DNA of 56,551 nt, counting the filler, from Stramenopiles sp. TOSAG23-2 (lineage: Eukaryota), in NCBI GenBank assembly GCA_900128395.1. It is 5 parts of 5 records of this genome, joined end to end, with 100 filler letters (N's around TTAATTAATTAA, not from the genome) between each part and the next. Parts side by side here need not be neighbours in the genome. Positions count along the whole stretch, not along the records: positions 34,036 to 45,256 come from LT649953.1; positions 45,357 to 56,551 come from LT649954.1; 3 more parts are not named here. One strand, 5' to 3'. How positions within the stretch are numbered: the first letter of the stretch is position 1; each line of letters opens with the position of its first letter. Positions 33,936-45,358 of the stretch are shown one piece after another. The position numbers were made by a program, and so were the translations under genes. The notes under the pieces are model-generated. The model saw only the letters and a list, made by a program, of their open reading frames with translations. It searched no databases and was not told the DNA's origin.

Positions 33936-34035
33936 NNNNNNNNNNNNNNNNNNNNNNNNNNNNNNNNNNNNNNNNNNNNTTAATTAATTAANNNNNNNNN
34001 NNNNNNNNNNNNNNNNNNNNNNNNNNNNNNNNNNN
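33936..34035. other. Artificial contig linker
   Basis: N44-TTAATTAATTAA-N44. Confidence 0.98.
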
Positions 34036-37000
34036 AGATCAGAAAAGGATAAAATTAATAAAATTCTAACCCCATTATTCGCAAAATATCGCATTGACAT
34101 ACAGCATGTAGCAAAACTAGAGAAAGATTTAAATACTTATAAATCTAATTTGCAAGCGGAAAAACTATTTTTAGATAAGTTAAGCTCTAAAAATACAGAT
34201 CTTAAAAATGAAATTAGTCAATCGGAAAGTTTATTTCAAGATACTGGTGCAAACGTGAAGGCAATGACAAAATTATCAGACGAATTCCAAGACATCAAAC
34301 GAGTATGGTTCAGTAGGCAGGAATCACTTTCTAAGATTTTCAATGAACAAACAGTTACAGATTTAGCAATTTCTACTATATTTATGGTTTACATCGGCCA
34401 TGCTAATGAAGCTGGTAGAGATCTTCTTTTATGCAATGCTGCTTCAATTTTGGTTGAACATGGATTTCCAATTCAGAAGGAGAAACGTAAGTTTTACACT
34501 GATTTTAACATTGATAAGTTATATGTTTCAATGGAGAGACAATTTCTGAGTAAGGCCATAATGCAAAACTGGAAAACTAATGGTCTTTTTGACAATGATT
34601 CTCATAATTTTGTCAGTTGTATTGGATGCCACTGTTTATCAAAAAAGTATATCCCTATTTTGTTGGACCCTTCCGAATACGGTAAAACTTGGTTAGAACG
34701 TACGCTTACACAGCAACAACTTTCACATGTAAAAAAAATAAACAGTGAAGAGAATTACAATGAAATGGGTGAAGTAGATGTGCTCCAATTTATATTCGAT
34801 GCAAATAAATTTGAAGTAAAAGATGTAGATCTAGCTATTTCCAATAATTATCCAATTGTTTTTACGAATGTAAATTGCGAATGTATTTCGTCATATTTAA
34901 TAGAGTTAATAGAAAAGAAACCTGCCTCAGGTTTATTTTTATGTACGAAATCTGTGGAACCACATGTATCCTTCGCTTTATGTGAATACGACGTCATAAC
35001 ATTTAATTTTGCGGAAACAGCAAATGTAGTTAAAGGACAAGTCTTTGAAGGACTGCTTAAGTATAAAAACAATGATAGATTTAGGAAATATAAATCTTTC
35101 ATGATGGAATTACTAAAGGAGGAAAATGACTTAGATAAAATAGAGCAGAACATTATGAAGATATTGACCAACTGCGACACTAGTATTGTGGATGATGTTT
35201 CAAAAAGCGAAGTTTTGTTACTGATGAACCTCAAATTAGCGCATGACAATTTACGAAGAGTTATTTTATCAAGGAAAGAAACTATTTTAAGTATTAAAAC
35301 AGCAAATCATATAACTGTGAATTCATTGAGCAAATTTTATATACGTACTAAGCAACTTAAATCGATTTGCTACCTGTATCAATTTTCAATTATAGAATTC
35401 TTAGATCGTGTAAAAAATTCGATGAAAGTATATTATCAAAAAAAAAGACAAGTAGGCATGGAAGATGAAAATAAAGAAAATTTGAATATTGTTACATTGA
35501 TAAAGAATTTTCCAGTATTTATGTTATACCAAGTCTTTTTATGGGTTGACAATGTTCTTTTCTTTCGACATAGATACGCATTTGTATTTCTTCTGGCGTT
35601 GGATCATCTTGTAAACATAGTTGAAATTACCCAAGAAGACCTTGACTTGTACATTGCACATGGCGGATTTTCTGCAGTTCATAGCAGTAGCGAGCAGGAC
35701 GACGACGATGATACAGATGCCGATGGTAAAAATAAAAAAAGGAATGATTATCCATTAATACATTCTCTATGGTTGAGCAGTTCCTCCTGGTGTTGCCTCA
35801 AAAATATGAAGAAGCTGGCTGGAATGCAGACTTTAATTAACAGTTTAAAAGAGAAAACCAGTAACGTTGCTTGGGAAACGTGGTATAGTAACTCTATCAA
35901 ACATGGCAACATAGCAGAATTTCCTGTTTTGCAGTCTAGTTTTACCTCTAGTTCTTTTTTAAAAGTCGTTTTCATCACGTCTATAAATCACCCTTTAGCT
36001 TTTAAATGCATACAATCTTTCATTGAACAAACATTAAATCCAATATTTTTAAATGATCATTATGTTAGAATCAAAGATATATACAACGAATCAGCGGAAA
36101 AACAGTTAATATTACTAATTAGTGGCAGCTTATCCGATACCATAGCTGAAGTTGAACGAATAAGTATGCGCAAGCGAATTAAATCTAAAATTATCGACTT
36201 TCATAGCAAAGAAAAATGTAATAATGTAACAGAAGACGTCGAAACTTCGAAACGGAACGGGAATTGGTTAATATGCGACTGCGTAACTTTTGATGTTCAA
36301 ATAATGAATCAAATACTGGATATAATCAATACTGAGAAAGCTTCTACACATGAAAATTTTAGATTATGGGTTTGTACTACAGAAACTGCTTGTCGTCTAC
36401 GACACAAGCAACCATCATTTCCTGAGAAATGGATTATACAATCAGAAAAATATGCAATAGAAATTGCTGAAAATGCTGGATTGGCAATGAAAAATATGTA
36501 TATAAACAATTTTTATATACGAGAGTCATATGTACATGTTGAAAATTTAAGATGGAAAAAAATGCTATACATTATAACTTTATTTCACTCTGTAGTAATC
36601 AATAAATCATTTATTGGAAGTGAAGATAACAATGAAAACTTATTATTGGATTTGAATAGGACAAACTTGAACTCAAGCTTAGCGGTCTTAGAGGCTACAT
36701 TAGAAAAAATGCCAAATGAGACAGATCCTGTGGATAGCCGTTTCGTATCTCTCATAGTAGGTGAAATAATTTATGGTGGATACGCACAAGAGTTAGGCAT
36801 GTTAAATGAGTTTATTGAATTAGGAAATCATTTATTTGTCAATAAAGTTGATAGATCAGAAAAGGATAAAATTAATAAAATTCTAACCCCATTATTCGCA
36901 AAATATGACATTGACATAGACAAATCGTTTAGAACATTTGAAAAGATGCACAAATTTATTATTGAAAATAATACTAATAGTTTCAATGATTTGAGTGACG

Positions 37001-37110
37001 AAATGTTGATGAAAATTGGTAGAGTTAATATTATGGACGAACAAAAACATAAAAAATCATTTCATCATATGAAAGAGATAATCGATTTTGTAAATGCCGT
37101 GTTTAGATAA
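34036..37110 (+). CDS. Divergent dynein heavy chain-like protein, C-terminal part (stalk end, AAA5, AAA6); 5' partial
   Basis: WKTNGL, PILLDPSEYGKTWL, LYQFS, GNWL, HENFRLW, FP..IIQ, LFHSVV, GEIIYGG in dynein order. Confidence 0.75.
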   Translation, partial: RSEKDKINKILTPLFAKYRIDIQHVAKLEKDLNTYKSNLQAEKLFLDKLSSKNTDLKNEISQSESLFQDTGANVKAMTKLSDEFQDIKRVWFSRQESLSKIFNEQTVTDLAISTIFMVYIGHANEAGRDLLLCNAASILVEHGFPIQKEKRKFYTDFNIDKLYVSMERQFLSKAIMQNWKTNGLFDNDSHNFVSCIGCHCLSKKYIPILLDPSEYGKTWLERTLTQQQLSHVKKINSEENYNEMGEVDVLQFIFDANKFEVKDVDLAISNNYPIVFTNVNCECISSYLIELIEKKPASGLFLCTKSVEPHVSFALCEYDVITFNFAETANVVKGQVFEGLLKYKNNDRFRKYKSFMMELLKEENDLDKIEQNIMKILTNCDTSIVDDVSKSEVLLLMNLKLAHDNLRRVILSRKETILSIKTANHITVNSLSKFYIRTKQLKSICYLYQFSIIEFLDRVKNSMKVYYQKKRQVGMEDENKENLNIVTLIKNFPVFMLYQVFLWVDNVLFFRHRYAFVFLLALDHLVNIVEITQEDLDLYIAHGGFSAVHSSSEQDDDDDTDADGKNKKRNDYPLIHSLWLSSSSWCCLKNMKKLAGMQTLINSLKEKTSNVAWETWYSNSIKHGNIAEFPVLQSSFTSSSFLKVVFITSINHPLAFKCIQSFIEQTLNPIFLNDHYVRIKDIYNESAEKQLILLISGSLSDTIAEVERISMRKRIKSKIIDFHSKEKCNNVTEDVETSKRNGNWLICDCVTFDVQIMNQILDIINTEKASTHENFRLWVCTTETACRLRHKQPSFPEKWIIQSEKYAIEIAENAGLAMKNMYINNFYIRESYVHVENLRWKKMLYIITLFHSVVINKSFIGSEDNNENLLLDLNRTNLNSSLAVLEATLEKMPNETDPVDSRFVSLIVGEIIYGGYAQELGMLNEFIELGNHLFVNKVDRSEKDKINKILTPLFAKYDIDIDKSFRTFEKMHKFIIENNTNSFNDLSDEMLMKIGRVNIMDEQKHKKSFHHMKEIIDFVNAVFR

Positions 37111-37368
37111 ATTCGTTTTGCTACGCAGTACTCTGTATATATTTCGTACGAACGTTCGTATTGTGTTGAGTAAAAAAAGAAATAAAAAATATATACGTAT
37201 TATAGAGACTAAAATGATATGATAGTATCTCGCTCTGCGCGTTCATATACGCTTGTTCGTATAATTATGATATGCATATTGATATGGGATTGTTATTGCG
37301 CGTGTATCATATTATTTTTTATCTTCTTTTTAAATCACATCCGCTTATTCCCTCAATTTCTCTCTATT

Positions 37369-39265
37369 TTACCCTTGTACAGCAGATAAAGCAGTCTTAG
37401 TAAAGTCCATGATGTTCGGAGACGTTTGAAACGATATCACATTTTGTGCTAATGATTCATGGTTACAATTGTCATGGAACCTAAAAATATAATGGTTAGT
37501 AATTGTAATAATTTAAATGATTTTAATGATTTACTTACCACATAGGGGTTACCGGTGAAGACCACGGCGCACGGATGACACTTTTTTCAATTCCATTAAA
37601 CATCAGCGTGTTATGAATTTGTCCAATGCCACTCTGCACATCTTCAGGAGTATGGTTGTAATAACCACCCCAAGTGCAAGGAGTGCAGAAATAACCCAAT
37701 CCAGTTGGAGCGTTGACGCAGACAGATCCATATTTTAAATCAGCTATAGCCTTTTCACATGCCTCTTTTGATTCTTTTTGCAAATCAGGTGGAATGAAAA
37801 TTGAACAAGAGAGTGTTCCCCATACTTTTTCATTACAGAATTTGGTTGCTTTTTCAAGGAAATCAGCACCACTTGTGGAATCAATCGTAATTTCTGTCAT
37901 TAAACATGTCCAAGCTTCGTTGCAGCAGGTATGTTCACAACATTTTTCATTTGAAGAAACATCTTCGATGATAGTCCAAGGAAGAGCTGAATTTTCATTA
38001 TTTGGTGATTCCCAATTTTTTTTTTCAGCAGCGCCATAAACTTGTTTAAACTTGTTTAACCTGTCCCCAGCGCCAGGATAATAGGCACTCCTTGTTTGAC
38101 AGGCATTTAAATTTTTACGCAAAGCATTTAAAAACTCACCACGTTGCGGCCAATTCTTCGCAACAATAATATTTTGAGCAGCTAAACAATTGAAATGTCC
38201 ATTATGTACACACATAGACACAACTGCTCTTGCATGAAATTCAATACTTTCAGCAGACCATTTTCCAGGTGAAATGATATATGGAGTTGCCGCACCCAAT
38301 TCAGCCATAAATGGTTTGCTAATATTTTTTTTCCCCGATTTTTTGTTACGTGCAATAACATCTCTCATGGATTCATTTGTTTTTTCCCGTGGTCCCCACA
38401 TAATTGCATCATATGTTTTATCTGAACCTGTCATATGTATTCCATCAATACCATTATGATGAATTAAAGCTTGTGCAGTTTGAACACCGCCACAGCAAAT
38501 TTGTAAAATACCAAGATCAACTAATGGTTGAAATGCTTTAATCATATGTGGTTGTAAATAATCGTTTACTGGGTTTAATTTGCAAATCAACGAGACACCT
38601 TCTGAAAAGACAAGATGTGCAATATCACAACCAACAACAGTAGCTTGATTACCTGCTCCTAAACAAAGCCAGGTTGCTTCTTCATGATCCATCGGATTAT
38701 TTATTGTTGGCTCTTCATGAAACCAAAGCTCCCCGGCATAACCACCAAATAACATATGTTGGTACAAACCTCTTGGAAATACATTGGCAATTTTACGCCC
38801 ATCAGGACCATCAACAATAGAATTTGCTTGTTTTTTCAAACCACTTGCGCCAGATTTTGCAATGATCTTCAACGACTCACCTAATTCACGACAAGTTGCT
38901 ATTGTTGCACTCCAAGCAATGGTTTCTTCCCCACGCCCTGTCTCGTATGAACCTTTAAATTTAATGCTTTCAGTAACCATATCATTTGTTGCCTTGTTAC
39001 AAGTTTGAACACATTTAAACGCAAGTTCAGAACGTTCACTTGCAGACATTGCTTTTAATTTTGCAGCACCTTCTTTTGCTGTAGCAACCATGGCTTCTAT
39101 TTCATCATCTGTTGGAACATATGCTGGAGTCATATTTGTTTCCTTCGTTGCTGGAACTCTATTTTTAATACCTTTGCCGTTTATACCACCTCTTCCAAGC
39201 AAATATGATAGTCCACCAACTAGTGGTGAGGATACAATACCTAACGTTGATTGTACTGAATTCAT
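37369..39265 (-). CDS. Aldehyde dehydrogenase superfamily protein; two exons join(39265..37539, 37480..37369)
   Basis: LGAGN, KLNPVN, HMTGSDKT, AELGAATP, HNGHFNCLAAQ (catalytic Cys), LKYGSVCVN; splicing adds WFHDNCNHESLAQ...AVQG*. Confidence 0.9.
37481..37538 (-). other. 58-nt canonical U2 intron
   Basis: GTAAGT donor, TACTAAC branch point, TTTTTAG acceptor, in-frame join TG|G. Confidence 0.93.
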
Positions 39266-40001
39266 AATTTTGTTCTTGTTCTTTTTTTTCCTCTCTGTTA
39301 TACTGTTACTTAAAAAATATCTATGTTCTTTTCTAAATAATAGTTGTTGTTTAGAATGGGTTTGTATCCATTCTAATTCATCTATCTATACTTTTGTATT
39401 GAATATATTGTTTTTAGTGTAGGACTAAAAAAAAAAAGATGAGTTTGTATGAAGAAATTATTATACAATAATTATTATTACAATACAATAACAAATCCAA
39501 AGATATAGAAAACAGCACAACACAGCACTAGCACGCAGCCAAAGTTCAATCAATCCTGTGCAAACCTGGCAAGCCCAGCAAGCCTTAGGGCAAGCTTAAT
39601 CAAGAAAATGACACTTCCTTATTCACATTTTTCTGCTTTCCAGGCTTTCCAGGCTTTCCACGGGCCACACAGCAGGCATATATGGTCTAAATAGCTAACT
39701 TTACTACCTACTGTATATATGCTATTGTGGGGGTAGAATACGGACAAGTACAACTACAGTGTTCTTCCCTTTTCTGGAGGAGTCGATGAGGAGCCACACA
39801 TTTTTTTACTTAATACCTTCATTTCATAGAATTCTTCGCGAATAATAAATAGAACATATTTTATTAAGTAGAACAAACATACATGAGTAGCTATACAGAT
39901 ACATATAGAACAATAATAAATCAAAACAACAAGAAAAAAAAATAATCGTAGCTAATTGTTATCATTAAGAAAAATTATATATTCGCATAAATATTCAAAA
40001 C

Positions 40002-40304
40002 ATGTCTCTTGCAAGAAAGTTTATCCCATTAGCAAATCGCGTACTTGTAAAACGCGCAGAAGTTGTTACCAAAACAGCTAGTGGTATCTATCTACCAGAC
40101 TCTGCACAGGCCAAACCAAATGATGCTGAAATTGTTGCTGTAGGCCCAGGAGCAAAAAATAATGACGGTAATCTTATCGCAATGAGCGTAAGTGTTGGCG
40201 ATAAAGTTTTATTACCAGAGTTTGGAGGCACAGAAATCAAACTTGGTGATGATACTTTTCATTTGTTTAGAGATGAAGATATCTTAGGTAAATACGAAGA
40301 TTAA
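40002..40304 (+). CDS. HSP10: 10 kDa chaperonin (mitochondrial Hsp10/Cpn10)
   Basis: PLANRVLVKR, KTASGIYLP, VAVGPG, VGDKVLLPEFGG, LFRDEDILG. Confidence 0.97.
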   Translation: MSLARKFIPLANRVLVKRAEVVTKTASGIYLPDSAQAKPNDAEIVAVGPGAKNNDGNLIAMSVSVGDKVLLPEFGGTEIKLGDDTFHLFRDEDILGKYED

Positions 40305-40876
40305 ATCAATATATTTATAAAAAAAAAATAAAATTTGTATAATAAAGAGGAGGAAATGTAAAAAACCGGAAAAAGCTAAGAAGTATATATACCATGTATG
40401 TATTCTACCATTAATACCATAGATTTACACACACACACGTCGTGTGTAAACATTTAGGATGAAATATAAATACGAAGTATTGATTTTTTTATGGAGAAAA
40501 TATTTTATATATTAAGAAAATTTATAAAAAAATACGAAGAAGCGTTAACAATATTTTTTTTGATAAAAAATTGGAATATATATTTTTTATCTTTTTATCA
40601 GAATATATATATAAAATGTTCTCACTTACTCAGAATATATATATATATATATATTTAATACATCTCATTAAAACAATACGACGACGTTCGTGTATTTAAT
40701 TCTTACGACGTACTTCGTATTTTTAAAAAATTGTACGAAAATTCGTACGAGTATCAGAGAGATTTAAAAGATAATCTCAAAAGATTTAAAATAAATACGA
40801 ACCTATCTCTATCATAAATATTCGTATTTTTTATACGAACGTATGATATACTTCTTCGTAAACATGATAATATAAA

Positions 40877-43800
40877 TCACCACAAACTAGTTCTAACACT
40901 GGTAGATTTTTTTTTAATTTCGGCACGTCTTGCAGTTCTTAACATTTTCTTCTTTGGTACGGCTCTCCAATCACTAAAATATTTCACAAATTTCTCTTGC
41001 ACCAATGTTCCTCTTACACTACCGGCAGTGTTGAACATATATGCCGCCTGTTCTATTGTTGGTGATGGTAACGAATATTTTTTAAACAAACGTCTTAAAC
41101 CTTCAACAAAGTCTTCTAGTCGTAAAATTGGAAATCTAATATTATGGCCAATTTTTTTACCACCAAATTTATAAAATGCTTGTGCAGGTGTTTGATATGT
41201 TTTCATAATCAAATCAACGACTTTTTTACGACGTATTTCCATCATATCCCGTTTCTCTGTTTCCTCAGGTTTTGGTGCCAGCCAATATTTAAATTCTGAT
41301 AATTGAATTTGTCCATCTTCATTCGAATCAATTGCTTTGACTAATTGTTCCAATTCAGGTGCAGAAATATTAAAACCAATATGACTCAATCCCCTTCTTA
41401 GTTCCTCCGGCGATAATTCACCATCACCATCTGTATCGAATGTTTTAAAAATTAAATCTAAATTATCAGTTTTTTTTCGAAATGATTCACGAATTTTTTT
41501 CATAGCATGTGCTTCAAAATCTAATGTTAATTTAGCTTGCACGGGCACGATGATTGATCGTTGAAATTCACTATATGATACAGCATTCCCACGAGGTGAG
41601 AAAACTTCCCATAGATCTAATATATCATTTTCATTGGTAATGTTAATGCGCATTAAAACCTTTTTAAAATCTTGATGATCGACAAATCCATCTTTATTCG
41701 TATCAAATTCTTCAAACATGCCACGATGATCACCTCTTGGAGCAAGCTCATATGCAATTTCTCGAATTCGTTGCAACTTTTGCACATGAACTTCAAAAGG
41801 CGAAAAGGTAAAAACAAATTCATCTTCATCTAATACACCATCGGATTTAGTATCAGCCCGATTGTATAATTCTACCCATTGCGCTGATGATAAATTCAAT
41901 TTCTCAATTTGAGACATATTTGCACCAAATAAATGGTTGCTCAACATCCAAAGTTCAAATTCAGATGCTGAAGGACACACTTTTAATCGTCGACCAAATT
42001 TTTCTTTGAACAAACGTCGTAGCTCTTTATCTGCATCTTTTTCAACTTGACCACCACGTCGTTTCGTAGTAAAAGAGCGACCAATAACTTTTAATGCTTC
42101 CTCTAACCAGCCAAATTTCAATTGACCAGGTCTAAATTTTGCAGCAAAATCTTTATACGTAATTTTGCCACGGCCACTAGTATCTATCAAATGTGCCAAT
42201 CTCTCAACTTGTTCAGTAGACATATATGGTATTCCCATGGCAATCAAACCTTTTCGCAATTGAGCAACATCTAATGAAATAGATGCAATTGTACGTTGGA
42301 CTTTATCAGACCCAGGATCAAATTTTTGTGGATCAGCGTTGCTGGATGATGATGCTCCAATACCGCCATTAGTTTTTGATAAAGCTAAGAAACAGAAACA
42401 TTTTTCGACCCGCCATCGTAATGCACCTATTCTTTTTTTAATCTCACGCACCAATTGATCCGTGCTTACAGCAAATCCCATGGAAGCATCGCTGAATTTT
42501 TCAAATTGAGTTAAATCAACATACCCAACATACTCAATATCAATCAAATTAAACAATGATCTAACTACTTTAGGATGAACGTATAAGTACGAATCATGTA
42601 CATGCAATGGAGAAATCATTTGTCTTGCTGTATTTGGACCTGTTGAATTCGATTCATTATGAAAAACTTTAGTTAAATCATCTAATGATATATAGCCATC
42701 ATTGTCCCTATCAATCGCATTGAAAAGATCTTTTGGTGAATGTCTACGACGATATAACCGATCAAACAATTCCACTCGCAAAGATGATAATGACCACTTT
42801 GCATATGGAGATCGACCACCACTGCCAAGGCTGTTATTGTTATTTTTCCTTCCCTCTGAACCCCATGCATTACTAGGTTGTAGCATTACATTTTCGTTAA
42901 ATGCTCCTCGCAAACTTTCCATTTCACTTTCTCCAAGATGCATCGAAATAACCTTTTTAACCCTATTATCATATTTGAAATTTTCAGGTGATAGAAACTT
43001 GAAAAACTCTTTATTATTTAAAAAGCCATCTTTGTCCAAATCGAAAATTTCAAATAATGCTTCATAATGTTCATCACTAGGAGAAAATAATGAAGATGGT
43101 AATCCAGCTTTATTAAGCAATTCAATGAAATCAGATCGTGAAATTAAACTAACACTATTTGTATGCTTCTCACTATGAATGCGAAATAATGCAGCATTGG
43201 ATAATGATTCTACTTTTTGGTATATTTTTACCAAACGCAAGTTGTGAATAATCCAATTAAATTGATCTTTATCGTTCTTTTCTTTAAACGACCGCTTAAA
43301 ACTATCAATGTCTGTTTTAAATAAGGTGGTAAAATCTTCTATCCCAACACTATTGGAGTCAATATTATTTGTTATACCACCAGATGCGATCATCATAATT
43401 TGATCAACTTCCGACATATTTAAGTGGCACCCTAAACCTCTTAACGTTCGCGTCAATTCCGTACGCGTAATAGTCCTTTCATTTCTTCGATTTTGTTTCT
43501 TTAATGATCGTTCCAGAATATTACCAATTCCATCATCTTCACTATTGCCAAATCCGGTTGATTTTTTCACTGAATCACGTATACGGTCTAAAACAGTGGT
43601 TTTCCACATTTTATCATGGGATTCAAATGTTTGCTGCAAACGTTTCCGTAACAATTCCAAATCAATAACAGTTCTACCAGATCCTTGAGCAGATATGGAT
43701 GTACCAATTTCACGTATCAAGTTGGATGATAATTTAGGTTCTAATTTTTTCAATCCAATGACCCACTCATCATACGTAACAATCCCATCATTATTTTCAT

Positions 43801-45250
43801 CTAAATAACCAATCAATTCTGTTATTGTTAAATGATGATTGTACAACATTTCTTGTAATTTTTTAATAATGTTATTTGATTTTTCAACACCAAAATGAGA
43901 CTCAAAATCTTTCAAGCCAACATATTTATCATTATCTACATCTAACAGACGTAACAATCTGTCTGCTTGTGCGGACGATATGACAAAATTTTCCTTTTCC
44001 AAGCATTTGCGAAGTTGATCAGCATCCAAAAGCTTTTTACGAATGTTTGAACTTGGTTTATGCGATAACAGACGTTGAAATGCGCTGTAAGTATCTTTAA
44101 ATCCTTTCATAACCCATGTTCTAATATTTTGCAAAATTGTTTCCTCCCAATCAATGTCTTTTGGTTCCTCAGGCAATTTCATTATAGCAATAAAATCTTT
44201 CGATGTAACATAATGGCGCCGTTGAAACAAATGCGATACAAGAATACCAAGATCGTCTTTGGAAACGTATCTATTACCATTATTTGAAAAGATATTTAAA
44301 AAATCTTTACTGTTTATCTTGCGTTGGGTTTTTTTATCAAATAGGCGAAATGCTGCGGTAAGCGTTAAGCGTTTGCTTAAAAGCCAATCGTGAAAATGAA
44401 AAATTGCTTTTTTTACATTAGTACTACGTGTATCATTAATATTTGATCCACTTCTCATATCAGAAGTATTGTTGCGCTTACTCTCTTTTCCCATTAATCG
44501 CGAAAAACTACGATTTGTTGGCCTCTCCCGATACGAAGTGGTAGCTCCACCTGCACCATTATATGTTACCCTCCGATCCCCACCTCCCCCTCCGTTTCTG
44601 CCACTTGGGCGTGTCGTTTCATTAAAACCGGAACGATAATGTGCAGATCTACGTATTGGCGATATTAAATCATCAAAATTGTTATTGTTTCCAGTTTCAT
44701 TTAATTCATCTTCAATACCATAATCAACATTTAAACGTGGTTTACACCATAATTTACCATAATCTAATTTAGATTTCAATGACATCGAGGTGGTAGACAA
44801 ATTATCATTGTCTTTACATGCATCTAGTAAAGCAACAACGTCATTTTCACTGATTGATGGTAGCATAATTTCAATGCAAGATTTTAAAACATGATAATCG
44901 ATCCCTAATTTAAACATACTAAGAGAATCTGATGGCCTTACTTGCATCATTATTTGATCCCGTAAATGCCTACCAGATGTCGGCTTCACATCATTCACTC
45001 TGCTAAAACCTTCAATCATAGATCTCATATCTTTTAAAATATTTTGTACATGTTTATTTCCACCTCTAAATCGATTGTTGCCACTATTACTGCTACGAAA
45101 TCCCCACACGAAATCTTCCACCGTGATACCAGATATTGTACCGCGTCCACTTCTACCTCTACCACGTAATTCTCTAATTATATCATTTGAATCATCGATT
45201 GATAAACGAAATGTTGACCTTAGATCAGATGGTATTATAATTCCATCATG
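40877..45250 (-). CDS. Very large multi-EF-hand protein, 5' partial
   Basis: Many EF loops (DVDNDKYVG, DENNDGIVTYDE, DLDKDGFL, DRDNDGYISLDD, DTNKDGFVDHQD, DTDGDGELSPEE, DSNEDGQIQLSE); frame open upstream of the track start to 45250. Confidence 0.9.
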   Translation of the reverse strand, partial: HDGIIIPSDLRSTFRLSIDDSNDIIRELRGRGRSGRGTISGITVEDFVWGFRSSNSGNNRFRGGNKHVQNILKDMRSMIEGFSRVNDVKPTSGRHLRDQIMMQVRPSDSLSMFKLGIDYHVLKSCIEIMLPSISENDVVALLDACKDNDNLSTTSMSLKSKLDYGKLWCKPRLNVDYGIEDELNETGNNNNFDDLISPIRRSAHYRSGFNETTRPSGRNGGGGGDRRVTYNGAGGATTSYRERPTNRSFSRLMGKESKRNNTSDMRSGSNINDTRSTNVKKAIFHFHDWLLSKRLTLTAAFRLFDKKTQRKINSKDFLNIFSNNGNRYVSKDDLGILVSHLFQRRHYVTSKDFIAIMKLPEEPKDIDWEETILQNIRTWVMKGFKDTYSAFQRLLSHKPSSNIRKKLLDADQLRKCLEKENFVISSAQADRLLRLLDVDNDKYVGLKDFESHFGVEKSNNIIKKLQEMLYNHHLTITELIGYLDENNDGIVTYDEWVIGLKKLEPKLSSNLIREIGTSISAQGSGRTVIDLELLRKRLQQTFESHDKMWKTTVLDRIRDSVKKSTGFGNSEDDGIGNILERSLKKQNRRNERTITRTELTRTLRGLGCHLNMSEVDQIMMIASGGITNNIDSNSVGIEDFTTLFKTDIDSFKRSFKEKNDKDQFNWIIHNLRLVKIYQKVESLSNAALFRIHSEKHTNSVSLISRSDFIELLNKAGLPSSLFSPSDEHYEALFEIFDLDKDGFLNNKEFFKFLSPENFKYDNRVKKVISMHLGESEMESLRGAFNENVMLQPSNAWGSEGRKNNNNSLGSGGRSPYAKWSLSSLRVELFDRLYRRRHSPKDLFNAIDRDNDGYISLDDLTKVFHNESNSTGPNTARQMISPLHVHDSYLYVHPKVVRSLFNLIDIEYVGYVDLTQFEKFSDASMGFAVSTDQLVREIKKRIGALRWRVEKCFCFLALSKTNGGIGASSSSNADPQKFDPGSDKVQRTIASISLDVAQLRKGLIAMGIPYMSTEQVERLAHLIDTSGRGKITYKDFAAKFRPGQLKFGWLEEALKVIGRSFTTKRRGGQVEKDADKELRRLFKEKFGRRLKVCPSASEFELWMLSNHLFGANMSQIEKLNLSSAQWVELYNRADTKSDGVLDEDEFVFTFSPFEVHVQKLQRIREIAYELAPRGDHRGMFEEFDTNKDGFVDHQDFKKVLMRINITNENDILDLWEVFSPRGNAVSYSEFQRSIIVPVQAKLTLDFEAHAMKKIRESFRKKTDNLDLIFKTFDTDGDGELSPEELRRGLSHIGFNISAPELEQLVKAIDSNEDGQIQLSEFKYWLAPKPEETEKRDMMEIRRKKVVDLIMKTYQTPAQAFYKFGGKKIGHNIRFPILRLEDFVEGLRRLFKKYSLPSPTIEQAAYMFNTAGSVRGTLVQEKFVKYFSDWRAVPKKKMLRTARRAEIKKKSTSVRTSLW

Positions 45251-45256
45251 CTAGGT

Positions 45257-45356
45257 NNNNNNNNNNNNNNNNNNNNNNNNNNNNNNNNNNNNNNNNNNNN
45301 TTAATTAATTAANNNNNNNNNNNNNNNNNNNNNNNNNNNNNNNNNNNNNNNNNNNN
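45257..45356. other. Artificial contig linker
   Basis: N44-TTAATTAATTAA-N44. Confidence 0.98.
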
Positions 45357-45358
45357 GG

